Of a stretch of 64,000 nucleotides of DNA, positions 1-15,103 are shown piece after piece. The notes beneath the pieces are model-generated. The model did no database searches. It had not been told where the DNA came from and saw only the letters and a program-made list of their open reading frames with translations. Source of the stretch: the human T2T-CHM13v2.0 reference genome, Homo sapiens; NCBI RefSeq assembly GCF_009914755.1, contig NC_060937.1, one strand, 5' to 3'. The translations under genes and the position numbers were made by a program. Within the stretch, counting starts at the first letter, position 1. Every line of letters begins with the position of its first letter.

Positions 1-39
1 ACAAGAATAATATTTTAGTTGGGATATTCATGGAGTAAT

Positions 40-1010
40 TCTTTTGATTCTTGAAGTATTTCTTCTTTGGGCCACTGCAACACACCCTCCTCATTTTTCA
101 CTCCTCTGAGACTCCTTTGCACCTCTTTGTTCATCTCAGCACACAATGGTAGCATTCAAGAAGCTTGTGCTGGGCTTTCCTTCCCTGACTCTACACATTA
201 ATCCCAGGCAATTAAATATATATGAATAAACCTCAACATTTTCATAGCCAGATATGTATTTATCTCAGAACCTTAGATCATAACGTCCATCTAGGTATCT
301 CTCTAACATCCATCTGGGTTTCTCCTGGCACTGCACCCTTGAAAGATTTCAAGACAAAACTCCTTATTAACGTTGACCTCTATTCATTCTTTGTGTAACC
401 CATGTATCACCAAATCCAATGGTAGAAGTCAGAAATATGGAAGCTTTTTTTGTCCCTTTTCATCCTCATCTTCCATAAGTAACCCATCATTGCCGATTGT
501 ACCTCATAAATATCTTTCAAGTTCATCCATTTCTTTCTGTCTTCAAAAACAACTACTTCATGCCAATCTACCATTGTCTCTCAACTGGAGAAAATAATAG
601 CTTTTTTCCCCCAGGATTCAGTCATCATCTGTCTGCCTTTTTTTTTTTTTTTGGCTTGTTTTATATTATTCTTTATTCTCCAAATTATTTTCAAAGTCAT
701 CACTTGACAATTTCAAGCTGTTAAAAATTCTTCTGAGACTTAGCTCTGGACACATTGTCCTTCAATTCAGATGTCAGTTCTTCAAGAATGTTTCCTCTAG
801 CTCAAAAGGCACATTCAGGTGGCTTTGTTATATGCTATCGGAGTATGTTGTGTTTTTCTTTAAAATGTTAACCAGGGTTAAAAGTTTATATTTACCTGTG
901 TAATTACTTAAATAATGTTGTGCTCTACTTCCATACCACATGCTTTTGAGCAAATTATCTTACATTGCAGTACCTAAAATGGAACTCAACATGTATGAGT
1001 GAGTAAATAC
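40..1010 (+). mobile_element. L2 LINE 3' region, highly degraded
   Basis: Pyrimidine-rich L2-like motifs (e.g. 'catccatctgggtttctcctggcactgcacccttgaaagatttcaagacaaaactcc'), ending in an L2-like 'atgagtgagtaaat' tail. Boundaries approximate. Confidence 0.5.
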
Positions 1011-2097
1011 ATGTTGAAGAAAGTTGAAGATTAGTGAAGTGATTATATTGTTATAATTTTCTATTTGGTGGCCACTTTGTAGATTTATCAAGGATCTTTT
1101 CATTGCAAGGATGGACATATAAGTTAGGTTACAGAGAGTAGCACTAGGAAGCAGAGTGAATAAAGCATATAATTTTTAAAAAGGCATGGATTACATTCTG
1201 GCTAAAGAGAGAAACAAGTAAAATAAAAGGTTTGCTAAATAAAACCATATTTTAAGTTTAAGATGAGAGTTGTAAACAAAGTTTTATAGTGAGGGAAAGG
1301 GGCAATTTCTAAAAAAAAAAAAAGAAATTGATTATGTGAATATAATAAAAGGTTAAAAAAGTACATGATGGACCAGAAGACAGGGGTCTAAAGAAAAGAA
1401 AGAGGGAGAAGAAGTCATCTGAGTTGGAGAAATGTGAGCAAACATGGAACATATGAGGCATTTGGTGTAGTTACTGAAAAGTTTTTAGCACCACGATACT
1501 GCAAGGGAAAGATGCCTTCTGTCCCATGGAATTTCATTCATTGAGAAATAAAGTCCTGGCAATTTTGCTTGGGAAAATACAATGGAGTTCTTCTCTCCAG
1601 ACGTTTTGCTGCATCATTACATGTAAAATTTTCCACTAACGAACTTCACACATAAAAATATAAATATTCTCACTTTAATATTTATGTCAAAATATGATTT
1701 TGCTATCACAGCACTGTAGTTTATAATTTAAATTGTAAACTTTTCATAATGAGAGAGGTAAGGACCATAGTAACATATGATTCAATTTTCTCATGCTATA
1801 GATTTAAAAACTGAGCTCACACAGCTAAAGAACAATGCTAGAGTGATAGCCTGACTCAATATTCAATTAAATGTCATTTCAAAATCAGTTCCTAGAATCT
1901 TGCCTATCTTGTATGCTCCTGTGGTTCTTAGGATAACATATCTCTGTTTTCTAAATTGTAATCATTTTTCCTGGCTAACATCTGCACAGGCTGCTATTTG
2001 TGCACTGTACACATCTTTTTATCTTCCACTGAAAGTATATAGGTAATTTTATGCAGTGCAGTTTTTTTTCAAGGGGGTTATCATATAGATAGACCAG

Positions 2098-2400
2098 ATA
2101 ATAGAATTCTCTAAGGTGGAGATGAAAAAGACCTGTCAGGTCACTTAGTCTAGCTCTTCGACAATGCAGTTTTTTTTCTTAGATTATTCTTTTGAATATT
2201 TGAGCAGTCTAATTTGAAAGCGATTCCAGTAATGGCACGGCACACATTTTCACATGGTGTTTCTAGAGACTTCTTACCTCTCAGCAGCAAGTGTTTCCTG
2301 AGAAGACATTTGAGTTCCAATTTCCTTTCTGACTAGACTTACCTATTCCCTCAACTGTTACTTCAGTTTAACCCACCCAAATACTGAACCTTTTTCTCCC
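2098..2400 (-). mobile_element. Ancient CR1/L3-type LINE 3' end (amniote CR1 / Plat_L3-like)
   Basis: 'atagaattctctaaggtggagatgaaaaagacctgtcaggtcacttagtctagctcttcgacaatgcag...gcagtctaatttgaaa' resembles the reverse-complemented 3' end of amniote CR1 elements as recalled ('gagatggaaaagacctattaggtcatctagtcc...ccaatgcag'). Confidence 0.5.
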
Positions 2401-4724
2401 TCTTACCTCTTCTGGCTGTGGTGATCTTTTCTTTTTAGCAACGCTTGAGTCTGTGTTTGCCATTTAAGCCTTCAAGAATTTGAGGAAAAAGTTTAAGAGG
2501 ATTAATTGTATAAAATTAATTACTTTATATTGGATGAATAAAAGTTTTATTAACTTTCTGAATTTTTGACACTGACTGTAGCATAATGGATGAATTAACC
2601 TATTCATTTTTTATAGTGATAGAACCTGAAATGTGAAATATACATAAGAAATTATGGCCTAGGCCCAACCACATGCAAACTGACAAATCCACAGTCCAGG
2701 CCAACTTCTGAGATTTTTTTCTTTAAAAAGTTATAATAATTTATTATATCTGCAACTATTATATTTTATCTGCTAGTTAATTGTTATGCAATTATTCAGG
2801 ATTGTATGTTGACTGGTTATTTTGTGTTCCTGTGGTTGAATTTTCCTGTCATTGAGGAGATGATAGAAGGGGAACAGATAGGAAAAGGAAGTGATGTATA
2901 GTTATTTTGCAGCAATGAAATGGGGGATCGTTTGAAATCAGGATCCTTCGTTGTCTATTTTTGCCTGGTAGTCAATGCAACTTTGTTTTATGATGAGAAT
3001 AGATTCAAGTGAAGAATTTGAACAACGTGTACACATTCACAGATGAGAAACAAATAATAAAACCTCTACCACCTCTGGTGCAAAAGAAGATTCAGAATTC
3101 CGGTCATTGCTGTGGAATATACGAACTATTTCTGTGTCAATCCGTCTGCTTCCTAGTAAGCACATGCTGAGGCTGAGGGGTTCTCTTTGAGTTTTATCAT
3201 GCTTACATGCAGACGTCATTAAGTTAGGAGCAGCCAGGCATTAGGGGATGTTTCTGACCATAGTCATTTATTCAGCAAATATAAAGTGAGGAGATATAAT
3301 GTGCTATGCAAAGGAGAGAAGAGAAAATAAAAAATTCTCTATATTTGTTTTAAGAATTGAAGTCACAGGCCATACTGCCTAAAGCAGGATGGTTCACTGT
3401 TGTAAGACATGTAGCAAGGGGAAAACTGAGTATTCAGTCTAAATTATAGGAAAATCTTAATAATAAAAACTAAAAAATGATGGTCCACTGTTGTGAAACA
3501 AAATTAGATTTGTCTTTATATTTACTTTTTTCTCACTGAAAACAAATGCAGTATGAGCTGATTTTTAGAAAGATTCATAAAAGTCATAGTAACTTGATTT
3601 GGGTGAGGAGAAACTGCTCTGTGCCCTGCAATAATCAATGTCTTGAACTCTCTACTCATGCTCTACTGTGCCCTAAATCCATAAGCTCATAAAACCTTAC
3701 ACATATCCCCTTATCTTCCAGAATCTTGAATGAATTGAGGTCACATTATCCTTGCTCAGGAGCGATGAGAAGACATGAACACGCGCAGACCTGTTGTACT
3801 CAACTGACACTCCACTCACCTGATTACATGCAGTAGTTCCCAGGTGCTCCTAAGAAAAAGCTTCCTGAGAAATCTCATAGAAATCCACCCTCGAAGCTTA
3901 ATTTAGCACTTCAAAAAATGAAACGCCTTTAAACAACTATTCCCTTGCCTGTTCACATAAGTTTCATTGAAAACGTCAAGCTTACGCACTGACAAAGAAA
4001 CATGATTTTCTTCCTATCCATGTTCATAGTTTAATCAACAGTGTAGAATTAAAACTGTATGCATATACTCCTTAGCAACTGGGAAGGAGTTAAAAAGTTG
4101 CTCTTCTTTTCTCTATATATCTGAATTTTTCTACCAGCTTTTGACCTTTACATATATTGACCTTCCTCAAAATACAGTATAATTATTTAAAACAAATTCC
4201 AGCTTCATTACAATTCTAGCTGAACTTGGAAAAAAGCAAGACACAGATATCTTTTTCAAATGCCAAAATATTCCAAGTGAAAAGAAATTAAATATGATGC
4301 AATTTAAATATTCTGTGCTTATTTATTTGTAGCCTGCTTTTTTCCAGCTGCTAACACAAATTCATATGGTTCATCATTAAAAAGAAGGTGAGCAAATTCA
4401 GCCAAATAAAACAAAATTATGAAAGTAAGTTGAAGCCAGGGAAAAATTATTCATAAAGTGCTAGGTGTGGGCTGAAAACTTGGCTCTGTGTTTCTTAGAG
4501 ATCAAAGCTAAAAGAACAACATAAACACATGATTCACAGTGTCCAATGCGGGGGGAACAAAGAAGTAGGTTGCTCTGGAGAGGAAAGGCTATTGCTGATA
4601 ATGTTTTCAGTGGAAAAACATTTCACCCATGGTCTTTCCTCATAAAGAGAAAATAGATATGCAAATACGGATGTGGAGATATATGTTTGTCATAAAATGT
4701 GTTTGTCATAAAAACAATATGAGT

Positions 4725-5331
4725 GGCAACGTAAAATGGTACAGCCACTTTGAAAAACGCTATGGTGATTCCTGAACATATCAAATGATTACATAAGGCA
4801 GCAATTTGACTTCTGGGTGTACATCCAAAATAAGTAAAAGCAGGGAATCAAAGAGATATTTATATACCCACATTCACTGAAGCATTATTCGCAGTGGCCA
4901 AAAGGTGGAAGCAACCCAAATGCCTATCAGTAGATGACAGTTGATAAACAAAATCTGGTACAAACATGCAATAGAATATTATTCAGCCTTAAACAAGAAA
5001 TACAATTCTGACACATGCTACAAAGTCAATAAAATTGAGGTTATAGTGCGAAGTGAAATAAGCCGGTTACAAAAGAACAAATGCTATATGAGGTCCCTAG
5101 AGACGTCAAATTCATAGAGACAAAAACTAGAATGATGGTTGCCAGGGGCGAGGGAGGGGCAATGGGGAGTGAGTGTTCAATGGCAACAGAGTTTCAGTTA
5201 GGGAAGATAAAGAAGTTCTGGAAATGGATCATGGTAATACAATGTGAATGTACTTAATGTCGTAGGACTGTATGTTTAAAATGAGTAAAACGGTACATGT
5301 TGTTATATATGTTTTCAGGCATTACAAAAAA
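4725..5331 (+). mobile_element. L1MB-type LINE-1 3' end fragment
   Basis: 'gtaaaatggtacagccactttgaaaa', 'aaaaggtggaagcaacccaaatgcc', 'ttcatagagacaaaaactagaatgatggttgccagggg' and 'caatgtgaatgtacttaatg' are typical L1M ORF2-end/3'UTR motifs. Confidence 0.85.
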
Positions 5332-6470
5332 TATGTTGTATAACACTATTTTGTATAACACCCATAGATTGAATCTAATATTCAAAAGGCCATTCACTAG
5401 ATGCATTTCTATAAAGACTGAAACCATATGATCTAGTTCTATAGCTGTCAGATGTTCTGACTTAATAAAATGGCACAACACAGAGAAGCTAGAGTAATGG
5501 TTTTCAAGCTTGGAGTGAGTGAGTGTTTATTCACTGTTTATTGAAGTATCATAATAGAAAATGAGTGTAAGATCTCTGTTGTGTGCACACTTTTGACCAG
5601 GTCTCCATGAAACACAGACTGAAAACTGTTATTCTAGAAAGACTGAATAATCATTTTATTTTTCCACATGTCATCTTTCCATTATAAGCGGCCTTTACTA
5701 TCAAGTATATCACTATGTTTATGCTTTCACAAGTTAGCAGAAATTACGCTGTCGAACCATCATGCACCAAGGGTCATTGGAAATTAACTAAAGTTTGAGG
5801 TATCAGATTACTAGCTGAATTACAGAGACACAGCCCTTTAACTTATATCAGAGCTTCCCATGGAGCAAACAGGTTACGCAACAGGTAATGGCTTACATAA
5901 ACCATTACCCCTTGACTGGGGCAGAGGGGAGTCTTCTCTCTTTCAAAACCACTGACATTTTTTATTATCTGAAATACATGAAAATATCTTCAAAATGGTG
6001 GCAATATCTATTAAGTAAGAATCTAAATACCACACCATCTGATAAGAAACAAACAATATTTTACTATGTAAGCTCTTATGTTTCTAAAGCAGAGAAGAAT
6101 CAGGGAAACATTTTCAAGGACTAATCTATAATGTCAGCCACTTTCTTATGTATATCTGCTAAATCCCGTGTGTTGTGAGAGTAGTCAAAGATGTCAGGTC
6201 AAACACTCCACATGCAACAGCACATACTGATACCATTCAGCAACAATAGGATATAATAAGGCTCTGGGTTTAGGGCACTATATTTCACATGACTGGTTTT
6301 CTATGGGCCCCTATGACATCTGCTATCTTATTGGCCCAGCATTTCAATGGAAATTGTGTATTTAAAGTATTCTTGTTTTTTAGTAATTTCTTCCCTGATC
6401 CCAAAATAAATTTTGAATAGCCCCTTGTTAAATTATCTTAGGATCAGCTTGTAACCCATCCCTCAGGTAA

Positions 6471-6638
6471 ATATATATATATATATAGCTTAATGAGTAT
6501 AATTTTTACTCAAGCTGTATATATATGTATATATATAGATACATATATGTATATATATAGATACATATGTGTGTATATATATATATACATATATGTATAT
6601 ATATATAGATACATATATATATGTGTGTATATATATAG
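6471..6638. repeat. (TA)n / TATG / TAGA compound microsatellite
   Basis: Directly visible alternating TA tracts interrupted by G/C. Confidence 0.95.
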
Positions 6639-8470
6639 GTTTTAGTGGTTCCAATTCCAATTTTCCTTATATATCTAGAGACCAATTTGTGGTACCTGCC
6701 ATGAGAGGAAAATTCTTTCAGTCTATTAGGTATGACCAAGTTATTAGAAGTATTGGTGCCCATTCACTTGGTTCCAGGTTTCTAGAGGCATATGCAAGTG
6801 AGACGGAGTGGAGTAGTTCTTTCAGAGGGATAGGAGCCAGCAAGGGTCTCTGGGCTTGGAAATATATTTTACACTTTCCATCAATTCCTGGTGAAATGGT
6901 GAGCTGTTCAGACCCCCACAGTGTATTAGCTATCCTTATGGAATTTTACCACTATGTGAGCTGTTCCCTTCATTGCAAAAGGGGATGTGTGAATGCCTTG
7001 ATTTTGATACTTAGCTGCAGTGTTATTCCTGGACCTGTTCATCCAGGTACAGTGTTTCTTTTGTGCAATTTAACATAGGGTTCTGGAATGAGAGGTATGC
7101 CTCCCATATTAGAGAACAATATTATTTCACATAAACAACATTAAGACTGATTAGTCACAGGTGGCCAATAAGCAATGTCAATATTTTTACTGGTGTAAAT
7201 AGACTCCCTCTTTTGGTGCCTCGAATTATCTGAGAGTGCCACTCCCGGAAAACTAGAATATGGTTGCAATTACTGCTCTAAAGTAGGGCTGGCTTTCTAT
7301 ATTACCATGTTTCTACCATAGGATATATACTGACTGAATAAAAATTTTTACTAAACTCTATTACAATTGAATGATAGATCCCTTTACTCACCACATGTGC
7401 CACTGGATTCTCCATTCCTCCACTTGGAAGGTTCTAGTGCTGGAGCCATAAGTTTGTGAAGAGAAGAGAGAAAAGAAAACAGTTCAAGTTTTCTCCAAAT
7501 TACCTCATAAGATGAGCTTCAAATGTCTACTGCCCATGGTGTTTGTGTGCTTAAAATATTAAGCAATAACTAGTCAGGACTCATAGCCTTTAGAGTGACA
7601 GGAGAGGCGGCTCTGACTACTCTTTCTTCCTGGACTGTTAACGCCTTGAAGAGTAACGCACTGAATGTCAGTCTTTGAACCAGTCAATCAAATTTCCTAG
7701 TCAACACTACCGATGCTCTTGAGTGAGGGGATGATGTCACTCTCCTCTCCTTGGTTTCCTAAGATAATTCTGGAAAGACAAAACAAAATAGCATCTGCCG
7801 TTTTGTTTCCGGTGCTACAAGAAGTTAATTAGTGGAAGAGTAAGGTTAGAAGCAGAAGGAAGGTGGCTTCCCTGAGCCAGCCTGATCTCTTCTTGCCCCA
7901 CTTTCATTTGGGTAGTTCTGAGCAACATATTGGGCAGCTAGAGTTATATGTATCCAGATGTTAACTTACCTCAATACACAGATAATACCTGTGTATACCT
8001 ACACACGCAATCCTAATTCATTGTCCCCAGGGCTGTGTCCTTTAATCTCTCAATTGGGGAGATCAGATCTCTTTTTATTCTTCCTCCTGTGGTTGATTGC
8101 AGAGAGGAGTTGCTAATCATGCCAGTTCTTTTTTCCCTGGATTTGGTGGCAAATAAAGCTTTGCTAAATGGCTCCTACACTTCCATTAATATCTCATTGA
8201 ATCCACTATTGCCTGATACTCTGGATCTAGAACACTCTCCACTGCCACCACCTCTTGTCTCACGGATCACAAATCTGGAGCTCAAATGGACATGTTCACA
8301 CCTTCACGGGGAAGCACTTTGTTACATTCAACCAATTTATCTAAGTTTCTGTGGGCAAGTTAGAAATATTGTAGTTACTTCCTGTGTGGAAAAGCTGTTT
8401 CAGAATACGTAAAACAAATCCAACATAGAGTTCCTTCACCACACCATTCCAGCAGCACCTACTTAATAAA

Positions 8471-8808
<338 letters not shown>

Positions 8809-10024
8809 CTAGCCTTACAATTCCTTTTCCCTGACTCTATCTTTTGAAGGTTTCCTTGGTTGTAAATGCTGATTGCCTGTGCAGTACTTCTAAGAAGCCT
8901 AGTCTTTAAAAACCCATAGCTTTGTTGTATCCTTCCTGCTGCACAGGGTAATAAGGACGGTGGAAATGCCACACAATGAGACTACATTTTGCCCAAATCT
9001 AAATGTCATGGGCAGAGAAGCATGATTTCTGGTAGGAAGCAATGGTAGCTAGAGTTCTACAAGCTTTATTAAATTATCTGCCTACATTCTTTACTCCTGA
9101 CTGCCAAGATCCTATAGACAGTAAATAGCTTTTTAAGTCCTGATTGAAAATACGTAACAATGAGCCTGCTCAGATGTCTGAGTGAATTTGCTCATACTTC
9201 TGTCAAAGAATGGCATATTCTCATGACAGCTACCCCATTGTTCTCCTTGCCTTACTCCTTTTAAGACAATCAGTACATTTCGTGTAGGGAAGCACGGCCT
9301 TTCTAGCTTGCTTATTTAAGGACACGCCTTGTTACCTCTGTGGGGCGTGTCAAGGTATTAGTTGGCAAATTACATTGTAAGCTAAAGGCAAGCCATTTCT
9401 GTGAACTTTCGGCCATTCTTTTGTATCTCTAAAATACACCACATCAGATTTTATCAGGTAAGCTTAGACATGCCTCTTAATACCCTAGGTCATGTCTGCT
9501 GAAAGTCAGGCAAGTCAGCAAGTTTCAGCCCCGTTTCCCAGGGAGCAGTATAAATAAAGATCCATCTATGCCTTCTTGGGATAGAGATATCCCAGATATC
9601 TGGTAACTGGACTACTAAGATTCCAGCCATTGTACTCATGCTCTGGGGTATCTGTTAACATTCCACCTGTCGCAGGAACATGGCTGCTGTGTGTGCCAAT
9701 GCTACTACCTGTGAGAGTGGTAGACTGTTCTATTTCGGACTAGAACTTCTGCTTTTCTTCTTACCGCAAGGCCTTCAGTGGAGTTCAAGAGAACAAATCC
9801 CCAAAGGCTGAGTGACAAGTATTCTTTCCATTTCCAGCTCTTAACCTGAGTGGGCTAGGATTGTGACTACTCTGGTTGTACTATTGACCACTGATTCCTG
9901 AACCCAGCTAAATTTATATTAAGTTACCTGTTGTTACTTGAAGCACAGTTGGATTGGAAAAACATCCTAAACTCCCAGTAAACTGCTTTTCAAATAAACC
10001 ACTACTCTAAAAGCCAAGTGCTAT

Positions 10025-10741
<717 letters not shown>

Positions 10742-11260
10742 AACATCAAAGTGTCATTCCTCTCCTTGAGGACTACTGTGAAATCCAAGTCATTAGGTTT
10801 CATCAGTCCCAGCTTTAGAAGTTATTGGACTCTGATGGTTGAAGGCCCCAAGGATAAGGTCTATTGCAATGCTCGATTGATCTTTTCTATGTCAGAGTCA
10901 CCTTTTCCCCCTATTTTTCTACTGTTGTAACTGCCAGATCACTTACAAAGCAGTCTGGCATCTCCTGTATGCTTCCAGAACTTGGATGTAGGGTCACTGG
11001 GCTTACACAACCAGGATGGGGTTACTGCTCTTCAGGTCAAATGACTCTTCGTCTATTTGCTGTCATGCTTTTGTCTTTTATCAATACCAATACCAATTAC
11101 CAATGTATCATTGGCATTCTTGCCCCAATTTCTGCCTTAAGAATAAGTCCCACTATCCTGTAATTTTCATATGAAGCAGGATTAATATCTGAACTCCATT
11201 AATCAGATTTCTACTTGTGTATCAGAAATTAGATCTCTCCAACTTAACACAGAGGGTTTC

Positions 11261-11723
11261 TGTTACGTGTTAAGTTGTATTCCCCCAAAATTTAAATGTT
11301 CAAGTCCGAACCTTTAGTACTTTAGAGTGTAAGCTTATTTGGAAACAGGGTGACTGCAGATGTAATTAATTAAAATTAGGTCATGCTTGTGTGGGGTAGG
11401 CCCTTGATCCAATATTACTGTTGTCTTTATAAAAATGAGAAATGTGGACATAGACATGCACATGAGGAGAACATCATGTGAAAATGAAGGCAGAGATTAG
11501 GCAATGCGACTATAAGCCAAGGAACACAGAAGGTTGCCAACAAACCACCAGAGGCCAGGATGGGGCATGGGACAAATTCTCCTTCACAGCCTTCAGGAAG
11601 AACCAACTCTGGTGACACCTTGATCTTGGACGTCTAGTCTCCAGGAATCAGATAGTAAATTTCTCTTGTTTAAGTTTCTCAATTTGGGGTTCATTTTTAC
11701 AACAGCCCTAGCAAACTAATACA
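11261..11723 (+). mobile_element. MLT1B/C-type MaLR LTR
   Basis: TG...CA termini ('tgttacgtgttaagttgtattccccc' ... 'cagccctagcaaactaataca'), 'ttatttggaaacaggg', and a near-perfect 5-bp TSD gtttc/gtctc. Confidence 0.9.
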
Positions 11724-13759
11724 GTCTCCATATAGTGTAATCCCAGCTATGCAATTTCCAAACAGCAAGCTTATCTCTGACTTCTCATAAAACGAAGTAA
11801 TAATTTGAATTTAACTCTAATTTATACTCTTCATTTTCCTTCTTTAATTAGTATTCTCCAAGAACCCTATTCTTGAATGACCTTCTACTCTTCCTTAACA
11901 TATGCCTAAAGTAAAATTTAAAAATGCATATATTTTAAAGTAAAATTGAAGGAACAATATTTGGGCTTCACTGATAAATGTTTACCTACTTAAAAAAACA
12001 ATAATGGTATAGTTATTAAATCTTCTTGGAGAATATTTATGAAATCCTACAAAATTTTTGCTTATTGCCTAAGTAATATGAAACACTTACAGGCTTAACA
12101 ATTGCACTATTCCATGCTTTTTACCCATGATGGATTTATATTTTTATGTTCTTGACATGGTATAAATTTATTTGTGGAAAAACAGGTAAAATTTAGGTTA
12201 TTTCTGATAATGTGAGTCCCCCATAAATTGCCCAAAGTTTGGTCTTTTGTTGTTTAGTTTCCTGGCTGGCAACCTTGTCCACTTTGCAAAGTATTCTGTA
12301 ATGTGAGTTGCATAATTTTCCTGTATCCATAAAAGCAAGTAGTCAACACAGAGCCAGGATGTGTCTGTTAATTCATTTCATGAATGATTTCTGTATCTAA
12401 ATGATATAAAGAAGTTATTAAAATGAATTAAAGTCACAGAATTCATCAATTTAATATTTATTAGAAAAATACAACAATTATTGGTTGAAACCTTCACTAA
12501 TTAAAAGAAATGCATATAATGTGTGGCTATACATTTATTCATATATCCGTAAAGATTCGTGTTGAAACATTCAAATTATTCAACATCTATATATTTCATT
12601 TCCTTTTTCCTATACCAGTTGCTCTGTTGCTCATATATATTAATGGAATATTAATGCTGGAATGAAGTTTTTGAGATACAAAACTCTCTAAGTTAAAATG
12701 CATTAAGCGAAATAGGCCTGGGATGTCAATGGAGAATACTCAGACTGTTTATTTCAAACAGAGCAGAGATTCTTTCTTGAAGCTCTCCTTTTTTCTGGTT
12801 TTCTGGTTGTTCTGTGACTCAGAAGACTGCCCCTCATGTCCCATAAAACTTGCTGGGGCAAACAAGTTTTCAGGGGCCACTCCAGAAGCAGAAGACAGAT
12901 GAAGTCCATGAGGCTCTTTACTGCTACATCTGGCAACTGAGCAGCTCTATTTTTATCTTTTCTGTATATATTTTTGTATACTATGAGAGTATAGGAAACT
13001 GTGCTATTCCCCTATTAATTATAAATAAGTTATTAAAACACTAGACTTCATCCAGTTTCCCAAACCATCATTTAAATATGAAAAATCCTTTTAAAAAATG
13101 TTTAGCTTTCTTCTAAGAGATTCAACTGCTATATCTAATGTAAAATCACCACCCCCACCCACACACACACACAGGCACACTTAAGCTTTTAGCTTGGCAT
13201 GATTATACTGTTGAGTTCCACATGGTTTAACTGCAGATATGACATGCTCTGGAGATATTTCTAATGGTTTGTGTAATTAAATAATTTACATTGGTATTTG
13301 TTCCCAGAAAGATAATATGTTTAATTCATTTATCAAAAAAGTTCAATTAGCTTTTTCCCACAAGAAATTTCTTGTTAATTTTATTTACATTTCCTAGGAA
13401 AAATAATAGTTTTGAGTAAAGCTGATATATACTCAACATAAGGAATTCAAGCAATATGAAAAGCACTAGAAGATAGAGAAAAAAAGTCTTTCCAGCAGAA
13501 GTATGTAGATGAAATTTAACTATACCTTGTTCCAAAAGTCCTTGTATAAATATGCACAAATGAGTGTATATAGATAGTAAAGGAGACAGACAGATAAAAG
13601 TTTATTTTAATTATCATCATGCAACATATGACACTTTAAAACAATACCTTGCATTATATTAAAGTATCATGTTAATTTTACTTAAAAACTGAGAGGAAAT
13701 GGAATTGTCTAACATGAAATATTTATCCAATTAGATTATTTTCTGATGTTAAAAAAATT

Positions 13760-14400
13760 CCTTAAAGACATTGAAAGTTAGGATCATTGTGTGTTATTTA
13801 TAATCACTTTTCAATATTAGACTCTGGTATGGAAGACAAGGACATGAATATATTCACACTTCATCATAACCCAAGTCTGCCAATTATATTAGCTTTTACA
13901 TTTTCAAGGTTTGTAACATCGTTATTCAATTCTATAACTATAGTTCCCACCATAATTTCGTACTGTTTTATATTTAAATTGATTGAGTACTTAACAGAAT
14001 TCATTTTATGATGGTTCCTCAATTCTTGAGTTGTTTTTATTTAACTGTTCTTTGACCAGACTTCACTGACAGAAAATAATTTCTTTTTCTTGATGGTTCA
14101 TATTTGAGAATGTCAGCCTGTGCATCTATGCACGATTGACGTGGCAGAATATAAAGTCTTTGCTCCAGAATTATTTCCCAAAGATCTCGGTAGGCAACAT
14201 TATTGCATTGTCTTCCAGCCCTGTCTGAGGCCAGCTCAGTTTCTCTGCCTTTTAAATGGCTTGCCAGTCTCGCTTGCTGAATAAAGAATTATGAGAAATA
14301 AAAAGCAAATGTTTACACTTTAGTTTTAAAATAACATCTAGCTAGCTAAAATAATCTTATTTGTGGTGTAGTTTTTATCTGTAGTCTGACAATAGATCAA
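13760..14400 (-). mobile_element. HAL1/old L1 ORF1-like fragment (may continue to ~15700)
   Basis: 'gtggcagaatataaagtctttgctcc...ttgcattgtcttccagccctgtctgaggccagc' resembles antisense HAL1/L1M ORF1 sequence. Confidence 0.4.
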
Positions 14401-14491
14401 AAGTCGACTTTAAAAATCTTGTAAGGTGTGCTTTTTAAACCTCAGATTAAGTCTTTTATTTCAATAAGTAAACTTTCTTCATTTGCATGTT

Positions 14492-14835
14492 TGATATGAT
14501 TTGGCTTTGTCCCCACCCAAATCTTATCTTGAATTATAGCTCCCATAATTCTCACATGTTGTGGGAGGGACCTGGTGGGAGATAATTGAATCATGGGGGC
14601 AGTTTTCCCCATGCTGTTCTCATGGTAGTGAATAAGTCTCACAAGATCTGATGATTTTATAAGGGGAAACCCCCTTAATTGGCTCACATTCTCTCTCATC
14701 TGCTGCCAAGTACGACGTGCCTTTCACCTTCTGCCATGATTGTGAGGCTTCCCCAGCCACATGGAAAACTTTTTCTTTATAAATTACCCAGTCTTGGGTA
14801 TGTCTTTATCAGCAGTGTGAAAAGAGATTAATACA
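14492..14835 (+). mobile_element. THE1 (THE1B/C-like) solo LTR
   Basis: 'tgatatgatttggctttgtccccacccaaatcttatcttgaatt' ... 'ttaataca', with an exact 5-bp TSD ATGTT at 14487-14491 and 14836-14840. Confidence 0.95.
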
Positions 14836-14917
14836 ATGTTATCTTTAATAACGTCTCCCCTCTGTTTTTCTTACCCTTTTCAAGTTACTGCTAATTTTTC
14901 TCTAGCCCCTATATAAA

Positions 14918-15103
14918 TAGTTTTCAAAACGTGGGCCCCATACAAGCAGCATCAGCATCACCTGGAAACTTGTTCAAAATGCAAATACATTCTCAGTCTG
15001 CCTCAAACCCACTAAATCAGAGACAGTGAGAGTGGAACTCAGTATTCTGTTAACAGTAGCTTCAGGCAATTCTGAAGAATGCTAAAGTTTGAGAAACCAT
15101 ACT
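14918..15103. mobile_element. MER5A hAT-Charlie DNA transposon
   Basis: 'cagcagcatcagcatcacctggaaacttgtt-aaatgcaaat' and 'ctaaagtttgagaaacca' are MER5A motifs. Confidence 0.85.

Noticed and set aside
6506-7078. 169-aa and 85-aa ORFs
   Set aside because: They start or end in a (TA)n microsatellite and show no recognisable domain.
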